Source: Bacteroidales bacterium
GTDB taxonomy: Bacteria > Bacteroidota > Bacteroidia > Bacteroidales > UBA4181
Length of the DNA: 36,997 nucleotides
Assembly (NCBI GenBank): GCA_031273395.1
Contig: JAISRX010000129.1
Coordinates: 1 to 36,997, forward strand
Reading direction: 5' to 3'
Below, piece by piece: positions 18,467 to 27,175 of the stretch. Under the pieces are notes generated by a model. It was not told the DNA's origin. It saw nothing but the letters and a program-made list of their open reading frames with translations, and searched no databases. The first letter of the stretch is position 1. Every line of letters starts with the position of its first letter. The position numbers and the translations under genes were made by a program.

Positions 18467-18935
18467 TTCAGTTTGGCTTCAAAGTATGTTTTTTTTGGGC
18501 AATGGTCAAGCTCTTTCTCCTCAGGTGAGCATCCGTTTGCCGCAAAGTCCCGTTTGATCGTTCACTGTATGCAGTATTGATGGGTATGACTGACGCGGTG
18601 CGAGAGTTTTTGCCGCATGCGTTGTTCATCGCCGAAAATGATTTTTTTCTCCACCTTCGTCACCCTGCCATTCTCTCCGGTCTTGTGTACTGTAGCATCA
18701 TCCGGTTCCGGATTCAGTGTTTTTTCGGGCAGTCAGGGTCGTCCTCTTTTTCCTGCAGGCACTGTCGGAACTTTCCTGCAATACTGTTTTACAGCAAATT
18801 TTATCAAGTTGCCGGAAAACGAACACCGTAACACTTACACTGTTCGTTCATACAAAAATATTGATCTATATCTATCATCATAATATCTATTTCACGTCCT
18901 AACCCTTTTTTGAGGATGCACGACACAATACTTTT

Positions 18936-19083
18936 TCCCGTCCGCCGCTTCTGCAAGGGCAGCACAAAGCCCTCCCGAAAAGGGTGTTTGCGTTGTCATT
19001 GCAGCACCCCTCGCTGCACTGCGCCTTCGCCTGTACGGGATTGTTAAAAGGGCAACCCCGCGGGGTGGAATGTGCATATCCCC
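18936..19083. ncRNA. GC-rich structured island; candidate small RNA of unrecognised class, strand undetermined
   Basis: Sits in an otherwise A+T-rich 730-bp gap with no credible ORF. Complementary segments: cccgt 18937-41 with acggg 19035-39; ctgc 18951-54 with gcag 18959-62; gctt 18947-50 with aagc 18967-70; gcagc 19001-05 with gctgc 19013-17; and the palindrome accccgcggggt at 19055-66. I saw no riboswitch, tmRNA, RNase P or SRP core motifs. Confidence 0.25.
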
Positions 19084-19146
19084 GATAATATTCAGCCAAA
19101 TTACTCGACAATATCATTTCTCAATTGTTAATTAAAAAGGTTTAAT

Positions 19147-19154
19147 TAACTTTG
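19147..19154 (+). promoter_or_regulatory. Candidate -7 box TAACTTTG for the coiled-coil protein gene
   Basis: Exact TAnnTTTG match 33 nt upstream of ATG 19187. Confidence 0.4.
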
Positions 19155-19186
19155 GGCGTTTTTTATTATTAATAAATACTTGAAAA

Positions 19187-20095
19187 ATGGAAGATAACAC
19201 TCATAATGTATCCGTCAATGAACGGTTGAAGTCCAATAAGGGCATATTGATTTTATTGGTCATCGTCGTGCTTGTTTTAGGCGCCGGCGTGGGCGTCATG
19301 TTTTCGAAACTGAAAGACCAGCAGAAACAGTCGGCTGAAGTACAGGGCATTCTCGAACAGCAAAAGCAAACGCTGGAAGACGACCTTACCGACCTGCAAG
19401 ACCAGTTCGGCGCGTTGCAAACCGATAATGACAGCCTGCAACATCTGGCGTCGGAGCAACAGGTAAAAATCACCAAACTGCTGGCAGTGCAAGCCGATAA
19501 CCTGTATAAAATCAAAATATACCAGAAAGAGTTGTCCACCCTTCGCGAGGTGCTGAAAAGCTATATCGTACAGATAGATTCGCTGAATACCCGCAATCAG
19601 GCGCTTACAGCCGAAAAGCAGGAACTCACGCGCACGCTGTCGCAGGAAAGAGCACAAAGTGCAAGGCTGACCGAAGACAAGGAGAAACTCGCCAGCACCG
19701 TGCAGAAAGCTCAGGTACTCTCCGTTGCCGATATTGTGGTGCAGGGCTTGTCCAACCGCAGCAGCGAAACCCAACGGGTTCGGCGCATCGAGAAACTGAG
19801 AACCTGTTTCACCGTGCGCGAAAATCCGGTGACCGAAGCGGGCGAAAAACTTTTTTACATCGTGATTGTCAAACCGGATAAAAAGGTGCTGCCCAACAAG
19901 TCGGGCGATACGTTCTCCGTGCAGGACGGCGCTGCCGTGGTATATACGGACAAACGCACCATCGAATACGAGAACAGGGACATAGAGGTCTGCATCTTTT
20001 CCGACAACAACAATCAACTGACGGCGGGCAACTACGAAGTAAACGTTTATTGCGACGGTTATCTGCTGGGGACAGCCAAATTTGAACTGAAATAG
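19187..20095 (+). CDS. Membrane-anchored coiled-coil protein with C-terminal beta-rich domain (hypothetical)
   Basis: 302 aa. One TM helix ([21 protein letters not shown]), then ~150 aa of heptad-like Q/E/L-rich sequence, then a beta-rich C-terminus. No enzymatic motifs seen. Confidence 0.7.
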   Translation: MEDNTHNVSVNERLKSNKGILILLVIVVLVLGAGVGVMFSKLKDQQKQSAEVQGILEQQKQTLEDDLTDLQDQFGALQTDNDSLQHLASEQQVKITKLLAVQADNLYKIKIYQKELSTLREVLKSYIVQIDSLNTRNQALTAEKQELTRTLSQERAQSARLTEDKEKLASTVQKAQVLSVADIVVQGLSNRSSETQRVRRIEKLRTCFTVRENPVTEAGEKLFYIVIVKPDKKVLPNKSGDTFSVQDGAAVVYTDKRTIEYENRDIEVCIFSDNNNQLTAGNYEVNVYCDGYLLGTAKFELK

Positions 20096-20099
20096 CCTC

Positions 20100-20915
20100 A
20101 TGTCCGTACATCAGAATGTAAAAAGGGTCACCGCGCCCATGCTGAGCGCCATGAAGCAGAAAGGAGAGAAAATCACCGTGCTTACGGCATACGATTATTC
20201 CATGGCGCGCATCCTTGATAGTGCGGGCATTGACGTGATCATTGTGGGCGACTCCGCTTCGGGCGTCATGGCGGGCTATGAAAACTCCCTGCCCGTCACG
20301 CTGGATGAAATGATCGGTTACGCCTCGTCGGTGGCGCGGGGCGCAAAGCGGGCGCTGGTGGTGGCAGACATGCCCTTCGGATCGTATCAGGGCAACTCGC
20401 GGCAGGCGCTGGATTCGGCAGTACGCATCATGAAGGAAACGGGTGCGGCGGCGGTGAAGGCAGAAGGCGGACGCGAAATTGCCGAATCGGTAACAAGGAT
20501 ACTCAACGCGGGTATTCCCGTGATGGGACATCTGGGACTGACGCCGCAATCCATCCACAAGTTCGGCACCTATGCCGTGCGCGCGCAGGATGAAGCCGAA
20601 GCCGAAAAACTGCTCGAAGACGCCCACTTGCTCGAAGAACTCGGATGCTTTGGAATCGTGCTGGAAAAAATACCCGCCGCACTGGGCGCAAAAGCGGCGC
20701 AAGAACTGAAAATACCCATAATCGGCATCGGTGCGGGACGCCACGTGGACGGGCAAGTGCTGGTGCTGCACGACATGCTGGGACTCAATCCCGACTTTTC
20801 GCCGCGTTTCCTGCGCCGCTACCTGAACCTGTCCGAGGAAATCACCGGCGCGGTGAAGCAATACATCCGCGACGTGCAAACCTGCGATTTCCCCAACGAC
20901 AACGAACAATATTAA
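20100..20915 (+). CDS. panB: 3-methyl-2-oxobutanoate hydroxymethyltransferase (ketopantoate hydroxymethyltransferase)
   Basis: ..[72 protein letters not shown].., 271 aa. Confidence 0.93.
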   Translation: MSVHQNVKRVTAPMLSAMKQKGEKITVLTAYDYSMARILDSAGIDVIIVGDSASGVMAGYENSLPVTLDEMIGYASSVARGAKRALVVADMPFGSYQGNSRQALDSAVRIMKETGAAAVKAEGGREIAESVTRILNAGIPVMGHLGLTPQSIHKFGTYAVRAQDEAEAEKLLEDAHLLEELGCFGIVLEKIPAALGAKAAQELKIPIIGIGAGRHVDGQVLVLHDMLGLNPDFSPRFLRRYLNLSEEITGAVKQYIRDVQTCDFPNDNEQY

Positions 20916-21005
20916 AGGTGAATGACAGCCGGTGAATGATAATTGAATAATTGATGATAACTTGATATTAGCCGGTTAACAGTTAATACCATTAACAATT
21001 CTCAC

Positions 21006-21686
21006 ATGGAAGTCCTTTACGAAGACAATCATTTGATTGCGGTCAACAAGCGCTGCGGGGAGATCGTACAGTCGGATACCACGGGCGACAAGCCGCTGGA
21101 ACAGTCGGTCAGGGAATATCTGAAAAGAAAGTACGACAAGCCGGGCGAAGTGTTTCTGGGAGTGGCGCATCGCGTGGACAGACCGGTGAGCGGCGTTGTG
21201 GTATTCGCCCGGACGTCCAAGGCGCTGGTACGCCTCAATCAGATGTTTCGGGAGAGGAACGTACGGAAAACCTACTGGGCGGTGGTACGGGAATGTCCGC
21301 CAAAGGAAAGCGATACTCCCGTGCATTACATCGAACGGAACATGAAGAAAAACCGCTCGTTTGCATACCTTGAGGAACGAGCCGGCAGCCAAAAGGCAGC
21401 GTTGCACTACCGCCACCTCGCCTCCTCCGACCGCTACCACCTGCTGGAAATCCATCCGGAAACCGGAAGGCACCATCAGATCAGATGCCAGTTGAGCGCC
21501 ATTGGCTGTCCCATACGGGGAGACCTCAAATACGGCTACCCCCGATCAAATCCCGGCGGCGGTATTCATCTCCATGCCCTGCGCATTTGCTTCCGCCATC
21601 CCGTCAGGGACGAAGAGGTCACTATCACCGCCCCCCTGCCGGACGACCTCCTGTGGAAAAACTTTGCAGGAATGGTTAATGGTTAA
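21006..21686 (+). CDS. RluA-family pseudouridine synthase (no S4 domain)
   Basis: MEVLYEDNHLIAVNK.., catalytic motif HRVDRPVSGVVVFARTSKA, ..TGRHHQIRCQL.., 226 aa. Confidence 0.88.
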   Translation: MEVLYEDNHLIAVNKRCGEIVQSDTTGDKPLEQSVREYLKRKYDKPGEVFLGVAHRVDRPVSGVVVFARTSKALVRLNQMFRERNVRKTYWAVVRECPPKESDTPVHYIERNMKKNRSFAYLEERAGSQKAALHYRHLASSDRYHLLEIHPETGRHHQIRCQLSAIGCPIRGDLKYGYPRSNPGGGIHLHALRICFRHPVRDEEVTITAPLPDDLLWKNFAGMVNG

Positions 21687-21707
21687 TGGTTAATGGCATT
21701 AACCATT
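21685..21707 (+). terminator. Perfect 11-bp-arm palindrome overlapping the rluA-family stop codon (possible terminator)
   Basis: aatggttaatg (21685-21695), centre g, then cattaaccatt (21697-21707). It is preceded by three tandem ATGGTTA heptamers starting at 21672. Confidence 0.35.
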
Positions 21708-22025
21708 ATTCACTGTTTTGGGATAAATGGAGTTGCCGTTGTTCTATTTGCCGGCGAAATTTTCAAAGCAACGACGTCCGTGATATTCTATCCGACAAAT
21801 ATTTTTCGGTTCGTCATTGACGGTTTTGATCAGCGCCCGTTTTCCCGGATATATTTTGTAGGCGGGGTAGTTTTTATAAACTTTCGCAGAAGGAAAAGTT
21901 GAACATAAAATACATTCAAGGTAACGGCTCACCAGTAAAATCCTGTGGAAACAGACAAAAATTATTACCTTTGCCCTCCAAAATGGAGACAGTGAAGACA
22001 ATGAAAAATATGTTTTTAACATTAA

Positions 22026-22258
22026 GGAACCATCAATAGATAAACATAACAATCAGGCTGAATGCAACAGTTCCATTCACCATGAAAACCACTTCCTGTT
22101 ATCTTGCATTTTGCCGGTTCCCCGTCGCTAATTTTTATTCCTGTTTCATATTGTGTTTCGTCAAGAACGGCTTTTACTTTCAATCCTGTTTCTGTGGCTG
22201 TTGCACCGATTAAACTTAAAATCACCGGCAAACTTTCTAACTGTTTTCCACGCCGGTT
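22026..22258 (-). mobile_element. 3'-terminal stub of a second ISAzo13-family copy
   Basis: The minus strand reads ..SRNRRGKQLESLPVILSLIGATATETGLKVKAVLDETQYETGIKISDGE..GFHGEWNCCIQP.., matching the transposase C-terminus (..NWRGxPL..LI..T.T..GL..LD..Y..GIK..FHGEWNY). The last ~140 nt are about 90% identical to the reverse complement of nt 431-570. Confidence 0.7.
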
Positions 22259-22412
22259 TCTTGAATAAAGGAAACGCCACCTGAAATAAATATTGGGTTT
22301 CTTGAATAAAGGAAACGCTACCTGAAATAAATATTGGGTTTCTTGAATAAAGGAAACGCCGCCTGAAATAAATATTGGGTTTCTTGAATAAAGGAAACGC
22401 TACCCGAAATAA
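22257..22412. repeat. 41-bp tandem repeat, 3 full units plus a diverging fourth
   Basis: Units TTTCTTGAATAAAGGAAACGCnnCCTGAAATAAATATTGGG start at 22257, 22298, 22339 and 22380. The units differ only at a dinucleotide (CA/TA/CG/TA). The fourth unit decays after about 22405. Confidence 0.95.
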
Positions 22413-22506
22413 AAACCGATCGGGTACATTCACCGAAAGTAAATATACCCGATCAATCCCCGGCATCACCGTGCATGGAAACCGGAGCGCAGCGGAAACC
22501 GGCGGG

Positions 22507-24297
22507 TCACATGTAGTGCTGCCATTTCTTTTCCGGTTCTTTCCGTCCGGACATCAGCAGGGGCGATTCCAGATCAATGCCTTCTTCAAACAACACATCC
22601 TGAATGTTGGAATGTAGTTCCGTAAGGATTCTGTGCATTTTGTCCGCATCGGATATATACACGTTGATCTGATACGAGTTGTAGTAATCCTCCAACCCCA
22701 GATCGAGTACGAACGGTTCCCTGTCCTTGAGCGTATCTTTGGTATTTTTAGCCGCTCTGATCAGACATTCGTGGGCTTTTCTCCACGGCACTTCGTATCC
22801 TATGGATACGCTGCTGTGTATGATCAGCCCGTAATCGCGCGCCGAAGCGCTGTAATTGGTAGTGCGCGACGACAGGATAAACGAATTGGGGATGGTAATG
22901 ATTTCGTTTTTGGTGGTTTTGATCCTTGTGACGAAAGGCGTTTTCTCTATTACGTTTCCTGTGGTATCGTTGAGTTTGATGTGGTCTCCGAGTTTGAAGG
23001 GACGCATGTAGGTGATGATCAGTCCCGCGAGGATGTTGCCGATGACCGTGCTTGATCCCAGCGCGGCAATCAAGCCGACGAAAATGGACACCCCCTGAAA
23101 AATACCTGAGGATGACCCCGGGAGATAGGGGTAAATCATGGCGATCATGAAGGCATACAGCAGGAATTTGATGATCTGGTAGGTCGGTATTGCCCAGTCG
23201 GTATAGAAACCGGGAAGTTTGAGCCTTTCGCTTTCTACCTCCTTTGCAACGAAAGCGATCCCTTTGATCAGGTAACGGATGCACAGCCAGATGATAATGA
23301 TGGTAAAGAGGTTGGGAATATAATGAATGATGGAAGAGAAAATCTGCTTGACGGGGTTGGTGATATAGTCCAGCAATACGGACGCCAGCTCGTTTGTCTG
23401 GGGGAAAATGGAGAATATGAGGGGAATGAATGCCAGCAGTTGAATAATGATCAGCACGTAACGGAATATATTGATCAGCATTACCGTGATATTGGCTTGG
23501 CGCGCGGCGGTCAACAGTTCGTAGCCACGGATGGACACCGGCTTGAACCATTGGTGCCTGTGCGCCTTGATGAGGATTTTCACCTTCTTGTACAACCTGT
23601 TGATACCGTAAAACAGGAATATCTGCGCCGCCAGCAACAGCAGAAAGAGTGCGATCCGCTTGACTGTCTGCAAAAGGCTGTGTTTGTGCTGAAGGGCTTT
23701 CACCGCCGCAACGATCCTGTCCTTTTCGATGCGGGAAAGCGAGTCGATGGTCATGTCCAGCCACAGGGCGTCGTTTTCCGTGACGGAAGCGATCACCTTC
23801 CGCTGATACATGATTTCTACCTGCAAGCCGTCCCTCACCGGCAAAAGGTAGATGGAATCGGGCGTTACGCCGCGCTGCCTGCCGAGCGCCTCCACGTTTC
23901 TTTCCGCATTCGCCGCCCTGTCGACAGGAGAAATACCTCCGAGATCGGCATGAAACGAAAACAGCGTATCGCCGCCTATCACCAGCGGCACGCCTTTGGT
24001 TACTGCCCGCAGGGAATCGATTTCGGATTTCCGTCCGGCGCGTCTCAGGGAATCGGTGGCCAAGCCGTCTTTCAACCGCATCAATTCGTCACGGTAGATG
24101 ATCTCTTTCAACTTCATTTGTTGCAGTTGCAATGTCAGTTCGCTTATCTTCAGCGAATCGGCAAGCGCGGAGTCATCCCGTTCCGACGGACGGTCGGCTT
24201 CCCGTGCGCCGAAAATACTTTCCGTAATCTTTGACAGTTGCGCATCTGCCGGAAAGGCAACCGACAGGAGAAAAAATAAAAAATACAGACGTTTCAT
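22507..24297 (-). CDS. MscS-family mechanosensitive channel with N-terminal periplasmic extension
   Basis: 596 aa. Signal peptide MKRLYFLFFLLSVAFPADAQ, multiple TM helices, and an MscS beta-domain ..GNILAGLIITYMRPFKLGDHIKLNDTTGNVIEKTPFVTRIKTTKNEIITIPNS.. Confidence 0.88.
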   Translation of the reverse strand: MKRLYFLFFLLSVAFPADAQLSKITESIFGAREADRPSERDDSALADSLKISELTLQLQQMKLKEIIYRDELMRLKDGLATDSLRRAGRKSEIDSLRAVTKGVPLVIGGDTLFSFHADLGGISPVDRAANAERNVEALGRQRGVTPDSIYLLPVRDGLQVEIMYQRKVIASVTENDALWLDMTIDSLSRIEKDRIVAAVKALQHKHSLLQTVKRIALFLLLLAAQIFLFYGINRLYKKVKILIKAHRHQWFKPVSIRGYELLTAARQANITVMLINIFRYVLIIIQLLAFIPLIFSIFPQTNELASVLLDYITNPVKQIFSSIIHYIPNLFTIIIIWLCIRYLIKGIAFVAKEVESERLKLPGFYTDWAIPTYQIIKFLLYAFMIAMIYPYLPGSSSGIFQGVSIFVGLIAALGSSTVIGNILAGLIITYMRPFKLGDHIKLNDTTGNVIEKTPFVTRIKTTKNEIITIPNSFILSSRTTNYSASARDYGLIIHSSVSIGYEVPWRKAHECLIRAAKNTKDTLKDREPFVLDLGLEDYYNSYQINVYISDADKMHRILTELHSNIQDVLFEEGIDLESPLLMSGRKEPEKKWQHYM

Positions 24298-24318
24298 CGG
24301 TTTAAAATTTAATTATGT

Positions 24319-25404
24319 TTATTTTCGCCGCACCAGACGGCACATCACCGGATAATGGTCGGAAAGGCGCACGCGCGGGCTTTCATATCCGTATGCGGTC
24401 AGCGACGGCGAATGGAGGATATAGTCGATACGCTGTTTGGAGAGTTGTCCCACGTCGTAGGTGGTGCTCATTCCCCTGCCCGACTCCATGAAAGCATCTT
24501 TCAACTTGCCGCGTATCTGCTGATAGGAGTATGAAACGGGCGGATCGTTGAAATCGCCGCAGAGAATCACCGGATAGGGGGATTCAAGAATGTGTTTTTC
24601 AACTGCTTTTACCTGTTTTGAACGGCGAAGCGAAGCCTCTGCCATCTGCCGGATGATGCCTCTGATGGTTTTGACGTCCGCGTTGTCGTATTCCGTTTTG
24701 ATCACATGGTTTAACAGATTGCGCTGCCGGATGCCGAAGCCGATGGACTTCAGATGAATGTTGAACACCCGTATGGTATCCCCGTTGATCAGCAGATCGG
24801 TGTACATGCAGGCGTTGGTGGTTTTGTCGGAATAGATGAGTTTCCTGTTCGCAATGGGAAAACGGCTGTAGGTGGCGATACCCGCGGCGTTTCCCGTCAG
24901 TTCCACATGATAGTCCGGCATGTTCAGCCGGCGGCTGACGTCTTCCGGGCGTACCGCGCTTCCCGTCGATGCGGAAAATTCCTGCATGCAAATAACGTCC
25001 GCACCGCTCCGGTTGAAAAAGTCGAAAATATTCAGCATGGAACCGTCTTCCTGCCGGGTATCTTTCTGGTGAAACATGTGCACGTTGAACGAAATCGTTT
25101 TGATGCTGCCGTCTTTTTCACTTTCGGGCAACTCCCTGCCGAAAAACTGAACGTAGCGCATGGTAAATCCCCATCCCGACAGGATGACTGCTGCCGACAG
25201 CAGGGCGTATCTTTTCCTTTTGCCGAGCAGCCAGAAAATCATGCAACATACATTAATCGCCAGCAGAGGAACGTATGCCAAACCGAAAAAGCCCAGCCAC
25301 CAGACTGTTTCCGGGCTGATCCGGCAGCAACAGTAAGCCGCCAGCAAACCCGACGCCGCGAGTACATTGATGATGATCAGGATGATTTGAATAATTCTTT
25401 TCAT
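24319..25404 (-). CDS. Membrane-anchored endonuclease/exonuclease/phosphatase (EEP) family protein
   Basis: 361 aa with N-terminal TM helices. Motifs ..ADVICMQEF.., ..ILCGDFND.., ..RIDYILHS.. and ..LSDHYPV. The start overlaps the rhomboid stop (ATGA). Confidence 0.85.
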   Translation of the reverse strand: MKRIIQIILIIINVLAASGLLAAYCCCRISPETVWWLGFFGLAYVPLLAINVCCMIFWLLGKRKRYALLSAAVILSGWGFTMRYVQFFGRELPESEKDGSIKTISFNVHMFHQKDTRQEDGSMLNIFDFFNRSGADVICMQEFSASTGSAVRPEDVSRRLNMPDYHVELTGNAAGIATYSRFPIANRKLIYSDKTTNACMYTDLLINGDTIRVFNIHLKSIGFGIRQRNLLNHVIKTEYDNADVKTIRGIIRQMAEASLRRSKQVKAVEKHILESPYPVILCGDFNDPPVSYSYQQIRGKLKDAFMESGRGMSTTYDVGQLSKQRIDYILHSPSLTAYGYESPRVRLSDHYPVMCRLVRRK

Positions 25405-26288
25405 TTTTTTCCGAACAGGAATTCTTTTTCCTGAGAAGTAAGCGTATCATATCCGTGCAGAGAGATTTTATCCAGAATACGGTCTATCTCGGCTTGATGT
25501 TCTTTCTTTTGTCTGTTGTACTCCCAATCGTCTGCGGGCGGTTTCCGGTAATTGACCTTCAGCTTCGACTTTCTCCGGAACGGTTTTTCGCACCGGCGCC
25601 ACCCGTCGATCAGCCACTGGACAATATCCCTCCGGTTACGCATGTTGAAGGCAAACAGACAGCCGAAACCCGCGCCGCCCAGATGGGCGATATGACCGCC
25701 GATGTTGTCGCTCATGGAAATAGACACAATGTCAAGCAGCACGGAAGCCATTGCGATGTAAATCAGTCTCACGCGACCGATAAACAGCAGCGATATCCTG
25801 TACTCCGGCACATAACACGATATTGCCGTCACAATAGCCAGCACCCCTGCGGACGCCCCGATGACGGAAGAAAAATACTTTGCCGACGAAAAGGCAGGAA
25901 ACAGGTTGTATGAAAGGATGTACAGAAACACTCCCGCCAGCCCGCCCAGAATAAACACGCCGATCAGGTACTGCCTTTCAAAAAACGAGCAGAGGATACG
26001 TCCGAACCAGAACAGCCACAGCATGTTGAACAGGAGATGCAGCAGGTCTTTATGGAAAAACATGTAAGTGAACACCGTCCACGGACGCGCCGACAGGGAG
26101 GACAGGTCGGTAGGGGCAGCCAGCCACGAATAGAGGAAAAAACTGTCTTCGGCGGCAAACAGCAGAAAGAAAAGATGCACGATATGGTAAAGCGCAAAGA
26201 CGGCAATGTTCACCGCGACCAGCTGCGTCACCGCATCCGACGATTTGAAAAACTTTTTTACTTCGTTAAAAATGGAATATGGCTCCAT
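25401..26288 (-). CDS. Rhomboid-family intramembrane serine protease
   Basis: 295 aa. ..HLLFNMLWLFWFG.., the catalytic-type motif GASAGVLAI, and ..GHIAHLGGAGFG.., followed by a cytoplasmic tail. Confidence 0.88.
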   Translation of the reverse strand: MEPYSIFNEVKKFFKSSDAVTQLVAVNIAVFALYHIVHLFFLLFAAEDSFFLYSWLAAPTDLSSLSARPWTVFTYMFFHKDLLHLLFNMLWLFWFGRILCSFFERQYLIGVFILGGLAGVFLYILSYNLFPAFSSAKYFSSVIGASAGVLAIVTAISCYVPEYRISLLFIGRVRLIYIAMASVLLDIVSISMSDNIGGHIAHLGGAGFGCLFAFNMRNRRDIVQWLIDGWRRCEKPFRRKSKLKVNYRKPPADDWEYNRQKKEHQAEIDRILDKISLHGYDTLTSQEKEFLFGKK

Positions 26289-26298
26289 AAATTATTTT

Positions 26299-26982
26299 TT
26301 AGATACCGTTCAAGTGGATGGAAGGCAAGCCGACAATTGCCCGCAGGTCATTGTAATCGTGTATGATGCAGTCTGCCGCTCCGCCGGAAAACTGATCCTT
26401 GAAATGTTCAAAGGCGATACAGCGAAACCCCGAACGTTTTGCGCCCGCTACGCCTACCGGGGAGTCTTCTATGACCACGCATTCGCCAATCGTTTTATGG
26501 ATGTGTTGCGGAACACGGCTGTAGTCCTTCACTTTGGTGAGGGGATTTTCACAGATCTCGCGACCGCAAATGACGTCGAAATATTCCGCCACTCCAACTA
26601 CCCGAACAAGTTGCTGTGCCGATGCCAACGGATTGGCGGTGGTGAGCGCCAGAAAATATCCCTGTTCCTTTATATCTCTAACGGTTTGCCTCATGCCCGG
26701 AAAGGGTCTGCAAAACCTGTCGAGATGCTCCAGATAGTACGTTTGCCGCCGCCGTACAATTTCTTTTGCCTGTTCGGAAGGAATTTCCGGAAAAAACTTC
26801 CCTATGAAGCCGTCGCCGGTCAGCCCTACCAAATCTTCCACCAGACAGCGGCTCGGCAAATCATAGCCATACTCAGCCAGAATAATGCGGTACTCGTCAT
26901 ACCTTCCGTTTTCGGTATCGGCTATTACCCCGTCAAAATCAAACAGAAAGGCGGTAACATCGACTAAATTCATCTTTTTCAA
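26299..26982 (-). CDS. HAD-superfamily hydrolase (beta-phosphoglucomutase-like subfamily IA)
   Basis: Motif I FLFDFDGVIADTE, ..LALTTAN.., ..VVIEDSPVGVAGAKRSG... 227 aa; alternative start is MNLVD at 26973. Confidence 0.85.
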   Translation of the reverse strand: MKKMNLVDVTAFLFDFDGVIADTENGRYDEYRIILAEYGYDLPSRCLVEDLVGLTGDGFIGKFFPEIPSEQAKEIVRRRQTYYLEHLDRFCRPFPGMRQTVRDIKEQGYFLALTTANPLASAQQLVRVVGVAEYFDVICGREICENPLTKVKDYSRVPQHIHKTIGECVVIEDSPVGVAGAKRSGFRCIAFEHFKDQFSGGAADCIIHDYNDLRAIVGLPSIHLNGI

Positions 26983-27018
26983 GCCCGGATATTTTCGTTT
27001 TTACCAAAAAATCTTTTT

Positions 27019-27026
27019 GCAAAAAT
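27019..27026 (-). promoter_or_regulatory. Candidate -7 box TATTTTTG for the HAD hydrolase gene
   Basis: The reverse complement of caaaaata lies 37 nt upstream of the start at 26982. Confidence 0.4.
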
Positions 27027-27175
27027 AATTAAATTTAATTTGAAAACGGAATTTCCGGTTAATTCTTTTTTTGAAGCGCTGTTGGCTTCATCAAATGTTG
27101 TTTCGTCCTGACGAAGAAAACCTCCGGTGAACCACAGAATTGGACGGGAGAAACGGTATTCTTTTTTTTGCCGTT

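Noticed and set aside
18577-18902. Three overlapping plus-strand ORFs (61-88 aa) in the non-coding gap, plus a possible decayed gene on the minus strand.
   Set aside because: The ORFs overlap one another, are low-complexity (F/S/C-rich), and have no motifs, promoters or start contexts. I could not recognise any pseudogene homology by eye, and a translated search would be needed to exclude one.
18936-19083. The GC-rich island as a riboswitch controlling the downstream coiled-coil gene or panB.
   Set aside because: A good promoter motif for the downstream gene lies after the island. I could not find the core sequences of the riboswitch classes I know. It is kept only as an unclassified RNA candidate.
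19277-20909. Long minus-strand ORFs (19277-20101, 274 aa; 19869-20909, 346 aa) opposite the coiled-coil gene and panB. Similar shadow ORFs occur at 650-1306, 3477-4076, 9538-10311, 17018-17776, 22748-23764, 23323-24234, 24754-25434, 26206-26967, 29492-30202, 30716-31360, 31406-32392, 33350-33943, 35243-35857 and 36140-36772.
   Set aside because: Each lies antisense to, or out of frame with, a gene that has strong motif support. Their compositions are R/H/G/C-rich or otherwise non-protein-like. None has a recognisable motif or signal.
21693-22052. Small ORFs (69 and 102 aa) between the rluA-family gene and the IS stub; possible remnant of a gene disrupted by the IS.
   Set aside because: I recognised no family and there is no matching 5' half on the other side of the IS stub, where the tandem repeat lies instead. 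The 102-aa ORF also runs into IS-derived sequence. Left unannotated.
1-22258. Active composite transposon formed by the two ISAzo13 copies.
   Set aside because: Both copies are clearly dead: one has a stop, an internal deletion and a frameshift, and the other is a ~230-bp stub. The 21.5-kb cargo is essential core genes. A decayed relic or old inversion endpoint is the more economical reading.
22257-22412. 41-bp repeats as a CRISPR array.
   Set aside because: The units are directly abutting with no spacers. There are no cas genes in the window. The repeat lacks the usual CRISPR repeat-spacer periodicity.
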